DNA of 63,220 nucleotides, counting the filler, from Octopus bimaculoides (taxonomy: Eukaryota): assembly GCF_001194135.2 (NCBI RefSeq). It is 9 parts of 8 records of this genome, joined end to end, with 100 filler letters (N's around TTAATTAATTAA, not from the genome) between each part and the next. Parts side by side here need not be neighbours in the genome. Positions count along the whole stretch, not along the records: positions 53,532 to 56,034 come from NW_026312936.1; positions 56,135 to 60,926 come from NC_068999.1; positions 61,027 to 63,220 come from NW_026312246.1; 6 more parts are not named here. One strand, 5' to 3'. Below, one piece after another: positions 53,432 through 63,220 of the stretch. Numbering within the stretch: the stretch's first letter is position 1; each line of letters opens with the position of its first letter. The translations under genes and the position numbers were made by a program. The notes beneath the pieces are model-generated. The model was not told the origin of the DNA, did no database searches, and saw only the letters and a program-made list of their open reading frames with translations.

Positions 53432-53532
53432 NNNNNNNNNNNNNNNNNNNNNNNNNNNNNNNNNNNNNNNNNNNNTTAATTAATTAANNNNNNNNNNNNN
53501 NNNNNNNNNNNNNNNNNNNNNNNNNNNNNNNT

Positions 53533-54165
53533 CTTGCTTTTCCGGCGCTCGGGTAACGCCAGCGGTGGGAGTTCCACACGGATTTTATATAGTGGATTGG
53601 TAGAGTATGAATGCGACGATGGCCTGCGGGCGACTCTAGGACTCGGGTTTATTCAACTGGACAGCCTGTATCACCGTACATTCGGGTTGAGAATGCTGGA
53701 CAACTTCCAAAAGTCCTTAACCTGGCAATGCTACAGAGGTGCCTTGCCCGTTTGGGATAAGCTTGCAAAACACGGTAAGCGTCAGTCGCCGACCTGTCCA
53801 AGATGCGAGGGAGACAGGGAAACCGTCCCTCATGCTANNNNNNNNNNNNNNNNNNNNNNNNNNNNNNNNNNNNNNNNNNNNNNNNNNNNNNNNNNNNNNN
53901 NNNNNNNNNNNNNNNNNNNNNNNNNNNNNNNNNNNNNNNNNNNNNNNNNNNNNNNNNNNNNNNNNNNNNNNNNNNNNNNNNNNNNNNNNNNNNNNNNNNN
54001 NNNNNNNNNNNNNNNNNNNNNNNNNNNNNNNNNNNNNNNNNNNNNNNNNNNNNNNNATTTTATAAAATTTTTAAAGTCATATTTTATGTAAACCATTCGC
54101 ATTACTGATCCCAATCAGTTGTTTTGTACCATTCTATGTTTAGCCCCCTGTGGGCAATAAAGAAA
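53533..54165 (+). mobile_element. Tx1/L1-like LINE fragment with CCHC-region and 3' tail
   Basis: LDNFQKSLTWQCYRGALPVWDKLAKHGKRQSPTCPRCEGDRETVPHA (the C..C.......ET..H zinc-knuckle start). After the gap the UTR ends GTGGGCAATAAAGAAA. Confidence 0.88.
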
Positions 54166-54544
54166 TTGGTATTTCGTCTGTCTTTATTTTCAGAGTTCAA
54201 ATTCTACCGAGGTCGACTTTACCTTTCATCCTTTCGGGGTCGATACATTAAGTACCAGTTGCGTATTGGGCCGATCGTATCGACTGGCGCCCTCCCCCAA
54301 AATTTCGGGCCTTGTGCCTAGAATGGAAGAGAATATCTGTCGATCAATAACAGTTACAACAACGACATCTATGCTGATTAATCTTTACTTCTAAACATGA
54401 TGTAATATTTGCAATGCAAGGATTTTAAACAGGTGGGGAGGAAAGAACCATAGATGAGAAATTAACCATTTTACCCCGGTTATCAACTCTGCCCCACCAC
54501 CGCCCATATTTGTATGTATTCTTATATTCTTTATACTTTTACTG

Positions 54545-54825
54545 GAAGCGCAATGACCCAGTGGTTAGGGCAGCGGACTCGCGGTCATCGGATCGCGGTT
54601 TCGATTCCCAGACCGGGCATTGTGAGTGTTTATTGAGCGAAAATACCTAAAGCTCCACGAGGCTCCGGCAGGGGATGGTCGTGAACCCTACTGTACTCTT
54701 TCACCACAACTTTCTCACACTCTTGCTTCCTGTTTCTGTTGTGCCTGTAATTCAAAGGGCCAGCCTTCTCACGCTGAATATCCCCGAGAACTACGTTAAG
54801 GGTACACGTGTGTGTGGAGTGCTCA
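54545..54825 (+). mobile_element. SINE family A, 3'-truncated
   Basis: Matches 38833-39120. Confidence 0.9.
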
Positions 54826-54870
54826 TATACTTTTACTTGAACATGGGTGTGTAAGTTCGTTTATGGACGC

Positions 54871-54907
<37 letters not shown>

Positions 54908-55273
54908 AAATAATATGTGATAATTATTCGGTAGCCATGATAAAATCCGAGTTTCGGATGCCGGGGCGGAAAACAACGCCGATATCTCTTCAGTTATCTG
55001 AAGAATGCTATGAAAAATGACTGGTAAAAGGAAGAGAAATTACTGTGTGGCTGACCGTTATTAAGACAAAAGAGCTATTAGAATGACCGCTAAGTGAGGG
55101 GAGGGAGTAAAGGTAAGGGAATAAAAATCTTCATAGTATTCGCGTAAGCGCAACAGTCCATACATACACATGCGCGCCCGCACACCCGCGTTCATGAGCT
55201 TATATGTATATCCTCATCCACACTCACTTGAAACACGCACATACTCACCCGCACATTCACCAAAAAAATAACA

Positions 55274-55306
<33 letters not shown>

Positions 55307-55518
55307 GCCCACATACACATTCACACACACGCGCGCAACACGCTCGCACACATACACACGCGCGTAAAAAGGTTCATACACNNNNNNNNNNACATTCACA
55401 CACACGCGCGCAACACGCTCGCACACATACACACGCGCGTAAAAAGGTTCATACACACGTCTATAGGCGCACATTCTCTTGTAGTCTTACCTTTTCTATC
55501 AATATATATTTATATATA

Positions 55519-55642
55519 CAGGGTGATTCAAAAGTCACCATACATAGGAAAAATGTAGTTTTTTTTTATAAGAAACAGAAAAAAACTGTTTCTTATAAAT
55601 AAACAAATTGTTCTTATGTACGGCGACTTTTGAATCACCATG
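55519..55642. mobile_element. Tc1/mariner-type MITE (124 bp), TA TSD
   Basis: TIRs CAGGGTGATTCAAAAGTCACCATACATA / TATGTACGGCGACTTTTGAATCACCATG. Internal palindrome ATAAGAAACAG-A7-CTGTTTCTTAT. Confidence 0.88.
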
Positions 55643-56203
55643 TATATATTAAACACATGTAGGCATGCGTCCAAATTTAAAATGTCTACATGTAATATTC
55701 CATATGGGTAAAATTTTGGACTATGATCGACTCCTTATAACCATTGTGCAATCTGACTATTGGATTGGTACTGAATTAGCGTTGTGAGAATTTTGTAAAG
55801 ACCCCTACGTCATTTTAAGAAAACCTTCGTCTGTTATATACATAATTTTTCTTCTCCCTTGTTTTTACTTTTATTTTTATTTATTTTTTACTTTTTATTT
55901 TTTCTATTCTATTTTTTAAAAAAACAATTTGTATTCTTTTATTCTTTTATGCATGTATTTTCGCCTGGTTTTAACCTTTAAACAACCAGCGGTTTAAGAA
56001 GTTGGCTGCATATATACACTGAAATCTAATGGTTNNNNNNNNNNNNNNNNNNNNNNNNNNNNNNNNNNNNNNNNNNNNTTAATTAATTAANNNNNNNNNN
56101 NNNNNNNNNNNNNNNNNNNNNNNNNNNNNNNNNNCCACCATTTATATACACACACAAACACACACACACACTTCATTTAAAAGCAGCAAAAATATCACAA
56201 AAG

Positions 56204-56242
56204 CTGTTACTCAGAGTTTCACATTCCCGTTCGTCAGGCAGT
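56204..56242 (-). ncRNA. Minimal type I hammerhead ribozyme motif (Penelope pLTR-like)
   Basis: Minus strand: ACUGC-CUGACGA-ACG(GGAA)UGU-GAAA-CUCUGA-GUA-ACAG. Canonical core, palindromic stem III ACUCUGAGU, one C.A mismatch at the base of stem I. Confidence 0.7.
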
Positions 56243-56265
56243 CTTGTTGAGACTTCTAAACAAAA

Positions 56266-56305
56266 ACTGTCCGACGAACGGGAGTGTGAAACTCTAAGTA
56301 ACAGT
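56266..56305 (+). ncRNA. Minimal type I hammerhead ribozyme motif, inverted partner copy
   Basis: ACUGU-CCGACGA-ACG(GGAG)UGU-GAAA-CUCUAA-GUA-ACAGU. Perfect 5-bp stem I, U4-to-C change in the core. Confidence 0.65.
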
Positions 56306-56477
56306 CTTTCCGATATTTTTGCTGCTTTTCAATAAAGCATATTACTCTACCTCTGGTATTCGAGTACTATTTTTTCCACCTTGTTTTGCATTTATGTGCT
56401 TGATCTGGTATATATTCTTTTATTATTTTATTCGTTTCAGTCATTTGACTGCGGCCATGTTGGAGCATGTATATATA

Positions 56478-56509
<32 letters not shown>

Positions 56510-56925
56510 CGGGTGAGTGATTAAGAATTTCCGATATAGATGCAAACTTCAGGCACTCAAATCGGCCAAATTACTGCACTGATGTTTATCTTAGAGTTCC
56601 CAGAAAGTAGAAAGTCGATGCCAATCTTGCTAGAAATCGAACATCACATCTTGGAAACTACACCAAAACCTGAAATGCCTCAATTAGATACATTTTTGTG
56701 TCCTGGCCATTTTTATGTGTGGTAAGTTTTTGTTCACAATATTAAAGGTTATGGTGAATCCTTTCGATTTAACTATTCCAAATATACCGTAAGAAAGGAG
56801 TAGAAGTTTTTCTGTGCCTCGATCTGAATGATTGCAACTGTTGTTTATATTTGATATTGAAGTTATGTGAAGAATATCCCGCATAATTCGTCCTGATATC
56901 ATGTATGAGTGTTATACTTGCTGTA

Positions 56926-57147
56926 CGAGGGGGGGGGGTACCGAAAAGTTCCTGGTTTTGGGTATAAGAAAATACAGGAGGATCAGTTAATTATGATTTT
57001 ATTCAACATATTTCCCTCTCTGATTCACACACGTATGGCAGCGGTCCTTCAGTTTTTCAAAGCCCTGTAAAATAAATCAGAACTTTGGTCCTGCAACTAG
57101 GCCATTTGCGATACCCTTAAAACCAGGAATTCTTCATAACACTCTCG
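56926..57147. mobile_element. Internally deleted mariner derivative (MITE-like), TA TSD
   Basis: TA-CGAGGGGG..CCGAAAAGTTCCTGGTTTT / AAAACCAGGAATTCTTCATAACACTCTCG-TA. Minus strand retains EKLKDRCHTCVNQRGKYVE*. Related fragment at 58873-58910. Confidence 0.85.
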
Positions 57148-57358
57148 TATATAGCTGCGTCTTGTCAATTTAAAGAGCACTCTAACGAGAAAGTAGACTT
57201 TTCTCCATACTTTGATCTAAATGAATGCATATGTTGCTTGTAACCGGTCTTGAAGTGTGTTTGTGTGTGATAAGTGTGCATGCATATATATAAATATAAG
57301 CACCCAAACACTAATATATATGCGCGGTGACGGCCAATCATCATCATCATCATCATCA

Positions 57359-57416
<58 letters not shown>

Positions 57417-57467
57417 ATAAATTTATCCTACATTGTATCGTTACAGCTCGGTGTAACNNNNNNNNNN

Positions 57468-57518
<51 letters not shown>

Positions 57519-57870
57519 ACGCGTTACATGTATACATAACGATGCGGTATTCGTATTTTAGTTACACAAACATACACTTATATATCACATAAGTATATAA
57601 ATACAAAACAAACATTAAACTGTAATACATATACATATATGTGTGTGTGGATATATATATATATATACATGTATGTATATGTATATATGTACATACATAT
57701 ATGTTTATGTACTCTTCTGTATTACTTTATACTTCGCTATATGATCGTAAAGGCTAAGCATACACACACACACCTGCCCACAGGCACACGTGCCATATCG
57801 CCCGAGTGACCTTTAATTAATTTAGCGTGTTGCCCTCTATAAAAAATATCCATCTATATTTATATAGATG

Positions 57871-57918
<48 letters not shown>

Positions 57919-59797
57919 CATATATACATGCACATACATAGGTGTGTGCGTGTGCGCGTGTGAGCGTGTTTTTGCGTACACATCTAAAATACTGTGTATG
58001 TACAAATATATATGCAATCACATATACATCAAAACGGAAACGAAGAGGCAAACAGCTTGGTAAGACTTGACGAGAACATTTAATTTAGGTATATAATAAC
58101 ATAATACGATAAAAAGGTGACGAAACACCACCTATATTTTAATCACATATATATACATGTATATATATATATATATATNNNNNNNNNNNNNNNNNNNNNN
58201 NNNNNNNNNNNNNNNNNNNNNNNNNNNNNNNNNNNNNNNNNNNNNNNNNNNNNNNNNNNNNNNNNNNNNNNNNNNNNNNNNNNNNNNNNNNNNNNNNNNN
58301 NNNNNNNNNNNNNNNNNNNNNNNNNNNNNNNNNNNNNNNNNNNNNNNNNNNNNNNNNNNNNNNNNNNNNNNNNNNNNNNNNNNNNNNNNNNNNNNNNNNN
58401 NNNNNNNNNNNNNNNNNNNNNNNNNNNNNNNNNNNNNNNNNNNNNNNNNNNNNNNNNNNNNNNNNNNNNNNNNNNNNNNNNNNNNNNNNNNNNNNNNNNN
58501 NNNNNNNNNNNNNNNNNNNNNNNNNNNNNNNNNNNNNNNNNNNNNNNNNNNNNNNNNNNNNNNNNNNNNNNNNNNNNNNNNNNNNNNNNNNNNNNNNNNN
58601 NNNNNNNNNNNNNNNNNNNNNNNNNNNNNNNNNNNNNNNNNNNNNNNNNNNNNNNNNNNNNNNNNNNNNNNNNNNNNNNNNNNNNNNNNNNNNNNNNNNN
58701 NNNNNNNNNNNNNNNNNNNNNNNNNNNNNNNNNNNNNNNNNNNNNNNNNNNNNNNNNNNNNNNNNNNNNNNNNNNNNNNNNNNNNNNNNNNNNNNNNNNN
58801 NNNNNNNNNNNNNNNNNNNNNNNNNNNNNNNNNNNNNNNNNNNNNNNNNNNNNNNNNNNNNNNNNNNNNNNNGGGCCTGCAACTAGGCCTTTCGCGATAC
58901 CCTTAAAGCCAGTGTGTCTTCTGCTACATTGTCGGGCCGACCAAAGCTGTATGAATGGCTTTGGTAGACGGAAACTGAAAGAAGCCTGTCGTATATATAT
59001 ATATATATTTGTCTCTCCCCCCCTTTTTTTCTTTAAACAGGAAAATCCTTTTCTTTCCTCATTTTTCTTATCAGTGTCAACTCCCTTCTATTACTACGAT
59101 GACCACCACAACGACACCGACATGCGCATGCATGTTTGTATGCGTGTACGTATGTTTGTAAATATGTGTTTGTGCGCATTTGTGTGTGTGTGTGTAAATT
59201 CCTGTGCATGTGCCTATGTGTTTATGTGTATGTTTATATGTACATGTATGCGTATGTTTGTGTGTTTGTATGTTAGTATGCAAGTAAGTTGTGTGTGTGT
59301 GTATGCTTATGTGTGAGTGAATATGTTGTGTGTATGTATGTTAGTGTGTGTACGTATATTTCTGTGTGTACGTATGTTTGTGTACGTATGTTTGCGTGTG
59401 TGTGTGTCTCTCTCTTTCTACCTTTGCTTGTGTGTGTGCGTGCGTGCATTCGTGCATGCGTGCGTTCATGCCTGTGTTCGTTCGTGTGTGTGTGTGTGTG
59501 TCTGTGTGTGTGTGTGTTTGTGCGCGTGTGTGCGCGTGTGTGCGTGCGCGCGCGTGCGTGTTATATTCTAGGACATAGCTGACAGCGATGCTGGTTGGTC
59601 TAATTAAGTATTTCAAACGAAAGCTGAACGGTGATGTTTGAGTGGAGATCAGAAAACAGCAAGAGCAGCAGCAGCAGCAACAACAACAACAACAGCAACA
59701 ACAAGAACGACAACAACAACAAAATAGCTACAGCAACATCACCAACAACATCATGAACATCAATAGCTACAAAAAAAAAATTTGTGGGGAGGGCAGA

Positions 59798-59884
<87 letters not shown>

Positions 59885-60598
59885 CCTTTCTAATTTTGGC
59901 ACAAGGCCAGCAATTTTTGGAGGAGTGGAACAAGAGGATTACATCAATCCCCAGTATTTTGCCGTTGCATTATTTTATAAGCGTCGAAAGGAGGAAAGGC
60001 AAGGTTGACCTGGACGGGATTTGAACTCAGAACGTTTGGAGGGGGAATGCATGGCAACACAGCAACAACAAAAACAACAGAACAGGAAAAAAAAACACGA
60101 TAAAATCAGAAACACCAAACAACAACAACAATAAAAGCAGTAGAAACGATGTCAACAGAATATCCGCAAAAACAACAGCACCAATATCAACAGCAACAAA
60201 AACAATAACAAAAATTAAAACGATGACAACGACATCTATAAGAACAAGGGCAACCAGCACCACCACCACCACCACTAACAAAATGGCACCGAAAAGCAAA
60301 ACCCCGTCAGCCATATTGCATGTGAGCGGATTCCATTTTCTCAAATTTTGTTTCTAGTTTATCCCAAACCTTCACACCACTCCTTTGCCCACACCTTCGA
60401 CATCTGCCCCCCGCTCCCGCTGCCACTAAATTGCTTTAAATCGATTCAATGTACATAGGTGGGGCTCTTGGTTTTAGCCCAAAACAGGAAGGGAAATAAA
60501 AAAGCGGGGGCAAAAAAATAGCAACAACGAAAAATAAAAAAATACAAGAACGGGGAACGAAACAAAATGGCTGCTAATTTACGGCTAAACAGAAATCA

Positions 60599-60690
60599 TC
60601 AAAAGTCCAGCGTCGCTGCTCGCATCTTTGTCTTGTCGACACACCGGTTCACCTCCGACACCTTCGGAGGATCCTCCTTCTCCTCCTCCG
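60599..60690 (-). CDS. Candidate terminal coding exon of an unidentified gene
   Basis: Polypyrimidine tract and acceptor CTCCTATTCAGTTATTTACAG followed by a GC-richer segment reading (A)EEEKEDPPKVSEVNRCVDKTKMRAATLDF*. An alternative frame ends at 60585. No homology recognised. Confidence 0.3.
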
Positions 60691-61026
60691 CTGTAAATAA
60701 CTGAATAGGAGTAAATATAGAAAGGGTACATACATACATATATACATATATACATACATACATACATACATACATACATACCTACATACGTACATACATA
60801 CGTACATACATACATATACGTATATATGTATATATACTTATATCTATATGCACGTATATATAACTGTAATACATACATATATATGAATATATATATATAT
60901 ACACATATACATATATATACGTGTATNNNNNNNNNNNNNNNNNNNNNNNNNNNNNNNNNNNNNNNNNNNNTTAATTAATTAANNNNNNNNNNNNNNNNNN
61001 NNNNNNNNNNNNNNNNNNNNNNNNNN

Positions 61027-61170
61027 TCACTTCCTGCGTTCGCAGCGCTTCATCAACGAAGAGGAAGTGAGAAATTCTGTGAAGGAGTCCCTTGCCTCGA
61101 AGGACAAGAACTAGTGTCAGCGTGGGTTCAAAGGACTGGCAAAAAGGTGGATTCAGACGGTGCAAGAAAA
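61027..61170 (+). mobile_element. Mariner transposase C-terminal fragment
   Basis: HFLRSQRFINEEEVRNSVKESLASKDKN*CQRGFKGLAKRWIQTVQ. Confidence 0.85.
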
Positions 61171-61623
61171 GTAGGCTCGCATTCTACTTTGGAGGCTGCT
61201 TTTTCTTTTGCAACTTGCTGAATAACACAAATAAGTTAGCAAAATATGGCAAAACTTTCGAGTCAACATAATATTTGTAATTAATGCGTAAGGCCAGTTA
61301 TTTTGCGGGGGTTGAGGGTTAGCCGAGGCTATAGGCCCTAGTGCTTGGCGGTCATTTATTTTATCAAGGATGAAAGGCAAAGCTGACCTTGGCAGGATTT
61401 GTATGCAGAACATAAATAGCCGGAAGCAATATTGTAAGGCATTTTCTTCCCCGGAATAATAAACAGCATTAACGATGTTGAACAGAGAAGCTAGAAGAAA
61501 GGATGACCGCCCAAACAGAAGAGTTACCGTAAAAGGGTAATCGAGATACTTCATACTTAACACCGGATTGTCAATAATAATAATAATAATGATGATGATA
61601 ATAATAATAATAATGATAATAAT

Positions 61624-61807
61624 AAATACTATTGAACTTTTCGGAGGGGCATTATGCCGGTAATAATAAACACACGCACTGGTTCGGTCCTTTATTGTCA
61701 TTGTTAGTTAATGGGTTAGTTATTCCGTTAACCAATTTATCGATCGAACCAGTGCGTGTGTTTATTATTACTGGCATAATGCTCCTCCCAAAAGTTCAAT
61801 AGCATTT
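61624..61807. repeat. Foldback with ~65-bp inverted arms (61624-61689 / 61742-61807)
   Basis: AAATACTATTGAACTTTTCGGAGGGGCATTATGCCGGTAATAATAAACACACGCACTGGTTCGGTC is mirrored with about 5 mismatches. Confidence 0.9.
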
Positions 61808-62525
61808 CTTTCAACACACGAATTCACATCAAGAATCTTGCGAACAAAATACAAATAGGAGCAATAATAATAAAAATATTGTTTATTTCTTTGACTTTCT
61901 ACAGGGACAATGGGTGACAAGGACGTTAAAACGGACAAATCATGAAAAAACAAAACAAAACAAAAAAAAAACCCTTTATTTTACTCAGAAACNNNNNNNN
62001 NNNNNNNNNNNNNNNNNNNNNNNNNNNNNNNNNNNNNNNNNNNNNNNNNNNNNNNNNNNNNNNNNNNNNNNNNNNNNNNNNNNNNNNNNNNNNNNNNNNN
62101 NNNNNNNNNNNNNNNNNNNNNNNNNNNNNNNNNNNNNNNNNNNNNNNNNNNNNNNNNNNNNNNNNNNNNNNNNNNNNNNNNNNNNNNNNNNNNNNNNNNN
62201 NNNNNNNNNNNNNNNNNNNNNNNNNNNNNNNNNNNNNNNNNNNNNNNNNNNNNNNNNNNNNNNNNNNNNNNNNNNNNNNNNNNNNNNNNNNNNNNNNNNN
62301 NNNNNNNNNNNNNNNNNNNNNNNNNNNNNNNNNTATATATATATATATATGTTTATGTGCGCGTGTGTGTATATGAACCAATCAATCAATCAATCTATCA
62401 ATCTATCTATCTATCTCTCTATCTAAATACATGTACGTGTGGATGCATGCATGTGTGTATGTATGTATGTATGTATGTACGTGTGTATGTATGTATGAAT
62501 GTATGCATGCATGCATGTATGTACG

Positions 62526-62601
<76 letters not shown>

Positions 62602-63167
62602 GCCAAACGAAAGCCATATACACTTGGAAGGAAGGTAACAGAAACTTTTTAAAAGTATTCACTTCTGACAGATTAAAACCGTAGATTCCTATATTCCAAC
62701 GAGGACAATTGCAGGACGAACAACAACAACAACAACAACAACAGCAGCAGCAACAGCGGCAACAACAGCTGTAACAACAACAACAATAACAACGACACCA
62801 CTATCACAACCACCATCACCACCACCACCACCACCACCACCACGACCAACAACAACAATAACAACAGCTGTCACAACAACAATAAAACGATCGCTACGAC
62901 AACGACGGCTGCGATAACGATTACAGCAACAGTTATTGCGACAACAATAGCGGTAACAACAACAACAAAAACAACGGCAAAGGAATTAACGAGAACAACA
63001 GCAACATAAACAACAACAACAACAACAACAACCACCACCTCCCATCGCCCTTTCAGCCTGGCATCGTTATGCAGAAAGACTACTTGTCGAACAAGCAAAT
63101 ACAAATGAAGAACCGACTGCAATAGCAGCAGTTATAGCAGCAGCAGCAGCAGCAGCAGTGGTAGCAC

Positions 63168-63209
<42 letters not shown>

Positions 63210-63220
63210 CAGTAGTAGAA

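Noticed and set aside
55315-55458. 67-bp tandem duplication
   Set aside because: The exact copies flank a 10-N gap, which is typical of unmerged overlapping contig ends.

Overview
Eukaryotic, AT-rich, repeat-saturated draft-assembly scaffold with many N gaps. The SINE, mariner and LINE families and the extreme (AT/AC/ATAC/CTAT/TAA/CAT)n load suggest a coleoid cephalopod, most likely Octopus (inference; no database search was run). No intact protein-coding gene, rRNA, true tRNA or CRISPR array is supportable. Nearly all long ORFs in the track are microsatellite or N-gap artefacts. The real coding signal is decayed transposon protein: mariner/Tc1 transposases, Tx1/L1-like LINE pieces, R4/R2-like restriction-endonuclease LINE ends and Penelope-like RT/GIY-YIG remnants. 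There are also at least four SINE families and several MITEs or foldbacks. The most interesting signals are: (i) an inverted pair of minimal type I hammerhead ribozyme motifs at 56.2-56.3 kb; (ii) a GC-rich 94-bp direct repeat with a nested RNA fold and hammerhead core words at 35.4-35.8 kb; (iii) a Tx1-like LINE lying in a (CTAT)n tract and sharing its 3' tail with a SINE; (iv) a candidate minus-strand terminal exon at 60.6 kb; (v) a 30-bp-period degenerate minisatellite. Protein motif comparisons are from memory of family consensus patterns, not from alignments.
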